Source: Rikenellaceae bacterium (GTDB lineage Bacteria; Bacteroidota; Bacteroidia; Bacteroidales; Rikenellaceae). Taken from it: a stretch of 64,000 nt of DNA. The position numbers and the translations under genes were made by a program. The notes beneath the pieces are model-generated. The model searched no databases. It was not told the DNA's origin and worked only from the letters and a program-made list of their open reading frames with translations. Each line of letters starts with the position of its first letter. Positions within the stretch are counted from its first letter, which is position 1. Shown one piece after another: positions 27,587 through 35,094 of the stretch. The DNA is taken from assembly GCA_017936385.1 (NCBI GenBank), contig JAGBFQ010000024.1, forward strand, positions 4,927 to 68,926. The letters are read 5' to 3'.

Positions 27587-28993
27587 TTATTTAATTTCAT
27601 TTGTCCATTCTGTCACGCCGTTTTCTCCATTATGTCCTGTCAACTTAATGTAGAAGTTCTTTGCGGCAAAGAAGGGCTTCAATTCTATCTCAATCTCAAT
27701 ATCTTTGGTCTTTTCGTTACGAACAATCTTAGGATTGGAGTATCCCTCGATAAGTTTACCGGGACCTTTGTAATCCTCGAGAAAATCTATAACTTGTTCT
27801 CGAAGTTCTTGAGCTAACTTACCATTCCAATTTTTGAATGCTTCATCATTGAAGAAATTAGAGAATACCTTGCCTATCCAGTCGAATACGCGAACAATGG
27901 GATACTCTTGCAAACCAATAGTTGCACCATTATAAAGTGAGCGGTTCGAAAAGGCCATTACTCTATTTTCCTCAAATGTCATAGGTACGACACCCTTGTC
28001 AATCAAAGCGGTAAGCTCGGACTTGAGCAAATCAAGACGAGTGCCTTTTGCCATATCTATTGTGCCATATTTCTTTCCGGCAATACCTTGTGAAATCGGA
28101 GTTTCATCTGTATTGCTCATACGACCGGCAATAGCTGCGGAAGGGGGCAGGAATAAATCTTCTTCCTCCTCATTATTTTCATCCGATTTCTTACGACCAA
28201 GAATATAGTTACAAGCCATAATAACGTTGGCCAAGTAGGCGTCCGTATCACTCAAGTTGGCTTTATCCAAACCCTTGTTCAGAAGTTTAAGTGTAGGCGA
28301 GTCAGCATAATCCGTAACCAGCATTACTTTGTTTCGATACGCCATCTGTCCCCACATATTCACCACCTGCTTGCTACCCAAATAACCTGGGCTTACAAGA
28401 AGTGAATAATTCTCTTTCAACGACAGACGGTCGTAACTTCTGTTCAACTCATCACGTACTGCTGCAAATACACGACCATCAGGGTCTCCCAAATCCTCTT
28501 TATCTACGTTTATCAGATTCAGACATTGGAGTTTTGCTTGACCTGAGTTTGCAAAGAATTCTCCAAGCGAACGATAAGCAGTTTCCAATTTGCGAGTCTG
28601 CTCATGCACACTACCAAGATTTTGAAGTAGGTTCTTTTCAGCAGCCTTTGCAGCCTCTTGACACTTCTCTACAGCTTCAGACGCAGTTGTAGCCTCACTA
28701 TCAAGGATATTCAGCCACATGAGCAAATCTGTCTTCAAACGTTTACGTTGTTCTGCAAATTCACTATCTTGCAAAAAGATTTTTTTTGCAGCTCTGCTTT
28801 CGGGATTCATATTCTCCAATCCGTCTGCCATCGTTTCCAAAAGGTCGAAATCGCCATAGTCTTCCAAACCTTCTATGCTTTCTTTTAAACGTTCAGCAGG
28901 ATTGTCAATTTTCTTTATCTCTTCCAAATAAGCACTTTCGGCTGTTGTAACAACGCTCGCGGCTTGTGCTTGTGGCATCAATTCTTCTGACAT
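27587..28993 (-). CDS. tssC: TssC contractile sheath large subunit
   Basis: 468 aa from the internal Met (MSEELMPQAQ). The ORF-track start at 29092 would overlap tssB by 71 nt. Size and position after tssB fit, and the conserved-looking core is VTDYADSPTLKLL...ACNYILGR...GIAGKKYGTIDMAKGTR. Confidence 0.8.
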   Translation of the reverse strand: MSEELMPQAQAASVVTTAESAYLEEIKKIDNPAERLKESIEGLEDYGDFDLLETMADGLENMNPESRAAKKIFLQDSEFAEQRKRLKTDLLMWLNILDSEATTASEAVEKCQEAAKAAEKNLLQNLGSVHEQTRKLETAYRSLGEFFANSGQAKLQCLNLINVDKEDLGDPDGRVFAAVRDELNRSYDRLSLKENYSLLVSPGYLGSKQVVNMWGQMAYRNKVMLVTDYADSPTLKLLNKGLDKANLSDTDAYLANVIMACNYILGRKKSDENNEEEEDLFLPPSAAIAGRMSNTDETPISQGIAGKKYGTIDMAKGTRLDLLKSELTALIDKGVVPMTFEENRVMAFSNRSLYNGATIGLQEYPIVRVFDWIGKVFSNFFNDEAFKNWNGKLAQELREQVIDFLEDYKGPGKLIEGYSNPKIVRNEKTKDIEIEIELKPFFAAKNFYIKLTGHNGENGVTEWTNEIK

Positions 28994-29021
28994 AATTATA
29001 TCTGAATTTATCGGGTTTACT

Positions 29022-29471
29022 TTATTGATTTTTCTCCAACTCTGCAAGAAGTGCTTGCAATGCAACAACCAGGTGTTTCCTGCTTTCTTCATCTTCGAAT
29101 GCGCGTCTAAGAACTTTATTCTTAATCAACTGTTGCTCAATCGCATTATAAGAGTCAATAGCTGCTTTTTGTTGACCCAAATAAGCACTTTGCTTTATCA
29201 GTTCTTTATCATCAAAGTCCTTAATCGCATTGAATTTGAAATTCTCCTTTATAGGACGACCTTCCAAATCCAGCATTTGCACATTGCGTTTTTCGGGTTG
29301 GTAGCGTTCAAAGACATCCTCCATAGTTTCGGGTTGAAAAACTTCACCCGGTTTAACCGGTGCCACGTCCGTAAACTGGTCTACATAAAGAGTTCTGTTT
29401 TGTGGAAATTCAATAATCCCATCTACTGCCTCAGCATCGAGGACTTTCGAAATTACTGTTTTCTTTGCCAT
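29022..29471 (-). CDS. tssB: TssB contractile sheath small subunit
   Basis: 149 aa. FKFNAIKDFDDKELIKQSAYLGQQ resembles the TssB F.smdDF.P..va.qv..L block. It lies directly upstream of tssC. Confidence 0.7.
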   Translation of the reverse strand: MAKKTVISKVLDAEAVDGIIEFPQNRTLYVDQFTDVAPVKPGEVFQPETMEDVFERYQPEKRNVQMLDLEGRPIKENFKFNAIKDFDDKELIKQSAYLGQQKAAIDSYNAIEQQLIKNKVLRRAFEDEESRKHLVVALQALLAELEKNQ

Positions 29472-29498
29472 ATTAGTGATATTTTAAGTGTTTATTCT

Positions 29499-31751
29499 TT
29501 AATTCGAATGTGATACATCCCATTTAAGTTCATCTTGTTCACTTATTGTGAGGGTCACACTATCACCCTCGTTCAACTCACCTGAGATTATCATCTTTGA
29601 TAATGGTCGACGAATATCCTTTCGGAGAATTCCAAGAATAGGTCTTGCTCCATACTGAGCATTAAACCCACTCATTGCAATCTTGTGGACAGCCTTATCA
29701 TCAACAGTAAGTGTAATATTTTGTTCTTCCAAAGTTTTCAACAATCCCTTCAAGTGAATATTGAAAATCATCGTTACAATCTTCTCGTTGATTGGTGCGA
29801 AAGGAACAATTTCAGTAAGGCGAGCCAAAAATTCCGGACGGAAATGTCCTTGCATCACTTCAAGCATATCATTATGTGTCGGGACAATATTTTTTGCAAA
29901 TTGTTCAAACACATATTGACTACCAATATTGGAAGTGAAAATAATTAACGCATTAGAGAAATCGCCCACACGACCCAATCTATCATGTAACTTACCCTCA
30001 TCAAGAATCTGCAAGAATAAGTCAAATACTGAACGATGAGCCTTTTCAATTTCATCAAAAAGCACAATAGAATATGGTTTCTGGCGGATTTGGTTTACCA
30101 ACAAACCACCTTCTTCATAACCAACATATCCTGGAGGCGCGCCATAAAGCAGAGCCACCGAGTGCTCTTCCTTATATTCCGACATATCAAATCGAAGAAT
30201 TGCTGTATCATCCTGGAATAAAAACTCCGCTAATGATTTTGCAAGTTCGGTCTTACCTGTTCCAGTAGGACCGAGGAAGAAGAAACTTCCGATAGGTTGT
30301 CCTTTTTTGTTCAATCCGGAACGAGACTCATAAATCGAATCCAACACCGCTTTGATTGCATGGTCTTGACCGACTACACGTTTCTTCAGTATATCCTCCG
30401 CATTAACAAGTCTATCACGTTCTGCCGCTTGAACATTACCTAACGGGATACCTGTTTTTTGCGACACAACCTCCATCAGATGCTCGACCCCTACAATATC
30501 TTTCTTTTCTTCAGGATTCAAATCATTTTTGATTTTCAACAAGGCCATTGTCCTATCTATCAAATCTATTGCAGAGTCAGGCAGATGTTTTTCACTGAAA
30601 TATCTCTTGGCAAGTCTAATTGAATTTATCGTAAAATCTTCCGAGACCGTCAAATTATGGAATGTTTCGAATGATTTTACAACAGATTGAAGAATAATGT
30701 TGGTGGCATCAACAGAAGGTTCCTCGATAATAATACGCTCAAACTTGCCTAAGATTTCTTTATCCGTTTCTATATTCTTTGTAAATCCTTCTATCGAGGA
30801 GGTACAAATACACAACAAACCTTGATTCAACGAAGATTTCAAAAGGTTAATTGTACCATTGAGTGTACCCTGTTTATCCATTAATTTATCGAATGATTCA
30901 ATAACAAGAATCGCATTATCCTTGTCAGATAACTCATCCAATATTTTTTTCATTCGACCCTCAATTTCGCTTTTGTACGAAACGCCAATAGACAAAGCAA
31001 TTGTATCAAGTTCATAAACCTGTGCATTTTGCAGATAAGTAGGAACAACGCCTTTCGATATTGCTTGCACAAAAGCATTCACCAATGCAGTTTTACCGAC
31101 ACCCGATTCTCCTGTTATAAGAATATTGGATTTAGTTTTACGTCCAAGAATTCCATAAATTTCTCCAAGCTCTTTCTCAAAACCAATAGTTTCAGACAAT
31201 TGTCCATCGGATTGTTGCTGATTCTTAAGAATGCAATAACTCTCGATACTTTTACCCGCAGAATTTTTTGAACGTTTTTTCACTTCGCCATTAGATGTAT
31301 TACCTCCTATAACGTTTTGACTTCCACAAGCAGCAACAATACTTTCTTTTTGAAGCGGCAATGTTTTCAGCTGTTCAAATGTAAATCCGACACCAGGAGT
31401 TACAACTGCTATAAGTAGTGAGATAGCGTCAATCGACTCTTTCTTGGCTGCGGCACGAATACTATCAGCCTCACTAACAACTGCCTTTGTCAATGCTGAA
31501 AAACCTTTAGCTGAAGAATCAGAACTTTTCTTGGACATTTTAATTCGCATGTCAGCCCACTCCAATATATAGTAATAATCCGCATCTAAAGTCTTCTCAA
31601 CAAAAGAAACCAAACCAATATCTTTGTGTAAAAGAGCCTTCAAAACATGAGCCGGTTCTATGGCCGCATTCATATTCTCTTTTGCATACGCCTCTGCTAT
31701 CTGAAAAACTTCAATTACACTTTCGTCAAATCCGTCTAATTTATTGGTCAT
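29499..31751 (-). CDS. clpV: ClpV (TssH) AAA+ sheath-recycling ATPase, ClpB family
   Basis: 750 aa. Clp_N-like N-domain, D1 Walker A GESGVGKT and D2 Walker A GPTGTGKT with Walker B VLFDEIEKAH. The D1 Walker B reads ILVIESFD (degenerate). Confidence 0.9.
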   Translation of the reverse strand: MTNKLDGFDESVIEVFQIAEAYAKENMNAAIEPAHVLKALLHKDIGLVSFVEKTLDADYYYILEWADMRIKMSKKSSDSSAKGFSALTKAVVSEADSIRAAAKKESIDAISLLIAVVTPGVGFTFEQLKTLPLQKESIVAACGSQNVIGGNTSNGEVKKRSKNSAGKSIESYCILKNQQQSDGQLSETIGFEKELGEIYGILGRKTKSNILITGESGVGKTALVNAFVQAISKGVVPTYLQNAQVYELDTIALSIGVSYKSEIEGRMKKILDELSDKDNAILVIESFDKLMDKQGTLNGTINLLKSSLNQGLLCICTSSIEGFTKNIETDKEILGKFERIIIEEPSVDATNIILQSVVKSFETFHNLTVSEDFTINSIRLAKRYFSEKHLPDSAIDLIDRTMALLKIKNDLNPEEKKDIVGVEHLMEVVSQKTGIPLGNVQAAERDRLVNAEDILKKRVVGQDHAIKAVLDSIYESRSGLNKKGQPIGSFFFLGPTGTGKTELAKSLAEFLFQDDTAILRFDMSEYKEEHSVALLYGAPPGYVGYEEGGLLVNQIRQKPYSIVLFDEIEKAHRSVFDLFLQILDEGKLHDRLGRVGDFSNALIIFTSNIGSQYVFEQFAKNIVPTHNDMLEVMQGHFRPEFLARLTEIVPFAPINEKIVTMIFNIHLKGLLKTLEEQNITLTVDDKAVHKIAMSGFNAQYGARPILGILRKDIRRPLSKMIISGELNEGDSVTLTISEQDELKWDVSHSN

Positions 31752-31878
31752 ATCTAAACAATTAAAAGGTTAATGTAAGTTAGGTTATATTTACACAAAC
31801 TCACGGCAAACATCAAGACCTAATTTTAGTTATGCTGATAAACATTCATTCCAAGAACAAGTGTTTCACCATTCATAA

Positions 31879-32448
31879 CTATATTTTGCCAATATCATTT
31901 TTACTAATTTCCACACATATATATCCAAACAAATTCAGATATACACCAACCATTGGTTTTCTATCTTCAACATAACACAACTCCCCACACAATCCTTTCA
32001 ATGGTCCACGTACTATTTCTATTTTTTCGCCCAATTCAAACACTGTTTCAGCTACTTTGACCTTCGAGTCTGCATTACTTAACATAAATTTCAACCTATC
32101 AATCTGCTCTTCAGGTATTATTGCTGCCTCAGACTGTCCTGGATACGACAATAGTTTATAAACAAAGGAGTATGATTTTATCTCCTGCTCAACACGTTTA
32201 TTCACGTACGCAAAAACGACCATCGGGATAACAACCTTTTCTATTCTCTTTTTACGGTCGCTCCATTGGTGTATTTCAGTTTGTGTCGGCACATAATTTC
32301 GAATTCCCAACTTGGTCAATTTCTCACTCGTTTTCTTCTCTGTATTCATTTGAACGAGCATCGCAATCCAATATTTAGGGCACGCTTCGCGTTCGTTTGT
32401 CACATCAACAAACGAACGGTCGCATTTATTACACCCAATATTAGACAT
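31879..32448 (-). CDS. UpxY-family (NusG-like) transcription antiterminator; first gene of the T6SS-like operon
   Basis: 189 aa. NGN domain (WIAMLVQMNTEKKTSEKLTKLGIRNYVPT...VIPMVVFAYV) and a C-terminal KOW motif (GEKIEIVRGPLKGLCGEL). Confidence 0.8.
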   Translation of the reverse strand: MSNIGCNKCDRSFVDVTNEREACPKYWIAMLVQMNTEKKTSEKLTKLGIRNYVPTQTEIHQWSDRKKRIEKVVIPMVVFAYVNKRVEQEIKSYSFVYKLLSYPGQSEAAIIPEEQIDRLKFMLSNADSKVKVAETVFELGEKIEIVRGPLKGLCGELCYVEDRKPMVGVYLNLFGYICVEISKNDIGKI

Positions 32449-32467
32449 TTTATCGGCCTATTTCTAC

Positions 32468-32488
32468 ACATCTTCTAAAAGGAGATGT
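32468..32488. repeat. inverted repeat, left arm (IR-L) of the putative inverton
   Basis: ACATCTTCTAAAAGGAGATGT is the exact reverse complement of 32645-32665. Confidence 0.9.
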
Positions 32489-32598
32489 ATATAGGGCGTA
32501 TCATAATGTAAAATAATTAGTTTATGAATGCTAAAGTCAAATAAAATGGTGTAATATGTATAAAAAAGATGATTAAATAGATATTTATTTGTTTTATA

Positions 32599-32631
32599 AT
32601 TGGGTGGAAATAAAAAAAATACATATCTTTG
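32599..32631 (+). promoter_or_regulatory. Bacteroides sigma-A type promoter inside the inverton, currently facing away from the operon
   Basis: ATTG (32599-32602), a 21-nt spacer, then TATCTTTG (32624-32631). This matches the TTTG / TAnnTTTG consensus on the plus strand. Confidence 0.55.
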
Positions 32632-32644
32632 TGAAATATAACAC

Positions 32645-32665
32645 ACATCTCCTTTTAGAAGATGT
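32645..32665. repeat. inverted repeat, right arm (IR-R) of the putative inverton
   Basis: ACATCTCCTTTTAGAAGATGT is the exact reverse complement of 32468-32488. Confidence 0.9.
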
Positions 32666-32722
32666 ACATTAAGTTATAAACGCAAAGGGGACGGGTTGTT
32701 TTACGAATAGTTTTCACACAAA

Positions 32723-32768
32723 ACGCCACGAGGTTCGACCATAATGGTCGAACCTCGTGGCGTTTTTG
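32723..32768. terminator. strong bidirectional terminator downstream of lpxA; marks the right edge of the AT-rich island
   Basis: 18-bp perfect stem ACGCCACGAGGTTCGACC / GGTCGAACCTCGTGGCGT with a 5-nt loop, flanked by AAAA and TTTTT. Confidence 0.9.
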
Positions 32769-32780
32769 CACAAGCACTTA

Positions 32781-33578
32781 TTAGTCTTCGGTATCGCCGA
32801 GTGCTGCGTTGTATGGTTTGATTACGCCACGTTTCGAGGCACGAACAAAATCCACAATCAAATCACGTTCGGGGCTACGTTTTACCGTATCCTCAACAAT
32901 ATCGCATGCTCTGCCATAGCCATAGCCGCTTTGGAACAGAATACGGAAAATCTCTTGTATCTCGCCAATCTTTTCAGAAGTGAAACCTCTACGACGAAGG
33001 CCTATATAGTTGGCCCCCACAAACGACAACGGGTTACGAGCCGCCTTAACAAACGGAGGAACATCCTTACCCACCAGCGAGCCGCCACTTACCATAGCGT
33101 GTTCGCCAATTCGCACGAATTGGTGCACCGCAGAGTTTCCGCCCAAAATAGCCCAATCGCCAATCACAACCTCACCCGCAACCAACACGGCATTCACAAT
33201 CACGCAGTGGCTACCCACCACGACATCGTGACCGATGTGCGAACATGCCATAAAGAGGTTATAGCTACCAATCACGGTTTTACCCTTGGCTGCCGTACCA
33301 CGGTTGATGGTACAAGCCTCGCGGAAGGTGTTATAGTCGCCGATTTCGAGCGTGGTGTATTCGCCCTTGAATTTCAAATCTTGAGGCTCGCCGCCAAGGA
33401 TTGCGCCGAACACCTTGCAACCCTTACCCATGCGTGTACCGGGCAGAACCTGCGAGTTGGGGCCGATATAACAATCGTCGCCAATCACAACATCCGAACC
33501 CACATAGGCAAACGGTTCGATGGTTACGTTCTGGCCGATTACAGCATCGGGATGAACGTATGCTAAATTACTAATCAT
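32781..33578 (-). CDS. lpxA: acyl-ACP:UDP-N-acetylglucosamine O-acyltransferase
   Basis: 265 aa. Left-handed beta-helix hexapeptide repeats through the N-terminal two thirds and a helical C-terminus. It lies downstream of lpxC-fabZ. Confidence 0.9.
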   Translation of the reverse strand: MISNLAYVHPDAVIGQNVTIEPFAYVGSDVVIGDDCYIGPNSQVLPGTRMGKGCKVFGAILGGEPQDLKFKGEYTTLEIGDYNTFREACTINRGTAAKGKTVIGSYNLFMACSHIGHDVVVGSHCVIVNAVLVAGEVVIGDWAILGGNSAVHQFVRIGEHAMVSGGSLVGKDVPPFVKAARNPLSFVGANYIGLRRRGFTSEKIGEIQEIFRILFQSGYGYGRACDIVEDTVKRSPERDLIVDFVRASKRGVIKPYNAALGDTED

Positions 33579-33614
33579 TATTAATACTATTGGTATTGTT
33601 GGTTATATTATTGA

Positions 33615-35009
33615 TTACTCCTTGATTTTTGAAACCTGAGCCATCATCTCTGCCTCACATGCCAGCTTATCAGCTACGAATGCTTTGGCCTCCATTACCA
33701 CAATTCCTCGGCGTATAGGTTCTATAAGTTTAAGTTCGAATTGGAGAGTATCACCCGGCACCACTTTGTGTTTGAAGCGCACGTTGTCGATTTTCATAAA
33801 GTAGGTCGAGTATCGGCACCCTTTCTCCATGTTGTGCATTGCAAGTATACCGCCACATTGCGCCATGGCCTCGATGAGCAGTACTCCGGGCATAACAGGC
33901 TCTTCGGGGAAGTGCCCCGCAAAGAACGACTCGTTATAGGTCACATTCTTCACACCCATAACACTACTATCGTCGATATACATAATTTTGTCTACCAACA
34001 AGAAAGGTTGACGGTGTGGCAGACACTCTTTAATCTGATTCAGGTCGTAGACCGGTTTTTGTTGCGGGTCATACTTGTAGCGCGGTTTTTGGCTTTGGCT
34101 GCGACGATTCTTGCGCAACATTTTGCACAGTTCGGTATTTGCAAAGTGACCGGGGCGGGTTGCCATCACACGACCCTTGATACGTACTCCGAGCAGCGCC
34201 AAATCGCCCGTCAAATCGAGCAATTTGTGTCGTGCAGGTTCGTTGATAAAGCGCAGTTCAAGGTTATTGAGGTATCCGCCGGTGATTTGAACATCCTCAC
34301 GGTGGAAAGCCTTGCGCAGATAGTCGAGTTCATCATCCGACACGGGTCGTTCAACCACGATGATTGCGTTGTCGATGTCGCCACCTTTAACCAAGTTGTT
34401 TTGCAGCAACGGGAAAATCTCGTGCAGGAACACAAACGTACGACATGGAGCAATCTGTGCAGCATAGTCGTCCTTACCATAAGCGAAGGTTGCGTATTGG
34501 TTGCCCAGAACCTTGCTTCCATAGTCGACATGCAGCGAGATGCTGAACTCATCGTCGGGGAAGATGTCAATCACAATTCCGCGCTCTTCGTTCACGTAGG
34601 AGATTCGTTCGCTGGGTGTGTAGAACTGAATTTCGGCCTCTTGTTCGGCCAAGCCCACTCGTGCAATTTCTGCCACATAGTCCCTTGCCGAGCCATCCAT
34701 GATGGGGACTTCGGGACCGTTGACTTCGACCACTGCGTTGTCTACTCCACTCATCCACAGCGCCGACATGATATGCTCGATAGTCGAGACTTTTGCTCCG
34801 TCTTTTTCGATGGTTGTACTTCTCGAAGTGTCGGTCACAAAATCACTCAGCGCAGGTATCTCCGGGGCACCTTCGAGGTCGACGCGGCGGAATACGATAC
34901 CGTGTCCGGCAGGTGCCGGAAGAACCGTCATGCTCACAGCCAAACCGGTGTGCAAGCCGCGTCCAGAGAATTGAATCGACTGATTCAATGTTTTTTGTTT
35001 GTTTGTCAT
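33615..35009 (-). CDS. lpxC/fabZ: bifunctional UDP-3-O-acyl-GlcNAc deacetylase / 3-hydroxyacyl-ACP dehydratase
   Basis: 464 aa. N-terminal LpxC (GRGLHTG..., HIMSAL) fused to a C-terminal FabZ hot-dog domain (LPHRQPFLLVD, FFAGHFP..PVMPGVL). This fusion is typical of Bacteroidetes. Confidence 0.95.
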   Translation of the reverse strand: MTNKQKTLNQSIQFSGRGLHTGLAVSMTVLPAPAGHGIVFRRVDLEGAPEIPALSDFVTDTSRSTTIEKDGAKVSTIEHIMSALWMSGVDNAVVEVNGPEVPIMDGSARDYVAEIARVGLAEQEAEIQFYTPSERISYVNEERGIVIDIFPDDEFSISLHVDYGSKVLGNQYATFAYGKDDYAAQIAPCRTFVFLHEIFPLLQNNLVKGGDIDNAIIVVERPVSDDELDYLRKAFHREDVQITGGYLNNLELRFINEPARHKLLDLTGDLALLGVRIKGRVMATRPGHFANTELCKMLRKNRRSQSQKPRYKYDPQQKPVYDLNQIKECLPHRQPFLLVDKIMYIDDSSVMGVKNVTYNESFFAGHFPEEPVMPGVLLIEAMAQCGGILAMHNMEKGCRYSTYFMKIDNVRFKHKVVPGDTLQFELKLIEPIRRGIVVMEAKAFVADKLACEAEMMAQVSKIKE

Positions 35010-35037
35010 AAAGGTCTTTTTTATGGATAAACTCCGG

Positions 35038-35045
35038 CAAAGTTA
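35038..35045 (-). promoter_or_regulatory. candidate -7 box for lpxC-fabZ
   Basis: Plus-strand CAAAGTTA equals TAACTTTG on the minus strand (TAnnTTTG), about 30 nt upstream of the ATG at 35009. Confidence 0.4.
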
Positions 35046-35066
35046 TGAAATTATTTCAAAAGATTG

Positions 35067-35074
35067 TAATTTTG
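35067..35074 (+). promoter_or_regulatory. candidate -7 box for the divergent TonB-C-like gene
   Basis: TAATTTTG matches TAnnTTTG, about 20 nt upstream of the ATG at 35095. Confidence 0.4.
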
Positions 35075-35094
35075 CTGTGTTTTTGCAGCGTACA

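Larger units (their letters stand above)
32468..32665. promoter_or_regulatory. putative invertible promoter element (inverton) upstream of the T6SS-like operon
   Basis: Two perfect 21-bp inverted repeats bracket 156 bp of AT-rich DNA that contains a consensus Bacteroides -33/-7 promoter. It lies 20 bp upstream of the upxY-like start codon. Confidence 0.6.

Noticed and set aside
27128-27817. 229-aa plus-strand ORF across hcp1 and the tssC 3-prime end.
   Set aside because: It is antisense to two well-supported genes. Its composition is AT-driven and there are no motifs.
15042-32448. Interpretation of the island as a prophage tail, tailocin or extracellular contractile injection system.
   Set aside because: A two-ring ClpB-family ATPase with a Clp_N domain, a TssK-like protein, Bacteroidetes-type TssD tube proteins and a DUF4280 cap all point to a T6SS. 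There are no capsid, portal, terminase, tail-fibre, separate tape-measure or lysis genes.
32464-32646. 60-aa ORF (GTG start) spanning almost exactly the interval between the two inverted repeats.
   Set aside because: The translation is an AT-rich artefact (F/Y/L/I/K/N dominated) with an alternative start codon and no ribosome-binding context. The interval is better explained as promoter DNA.
32468-32665. Alternative reading of the 21-mers as two copies of a palindromic operator, or as two small hairpin terminators.
   Set aside because: Each 21-mer is itself nearly palindromic (9-bp stem with one G-T pair), so this cannot be fully excluded. However, the asymmetric centre (AAAA versus TTTT) and position 7/15 are conserved only in the inverted sense (21/21 versus 15/21). 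The enclosed consensus promoter pointing at nothing also fits an inverton better. This is kept as a caveat in the finding.
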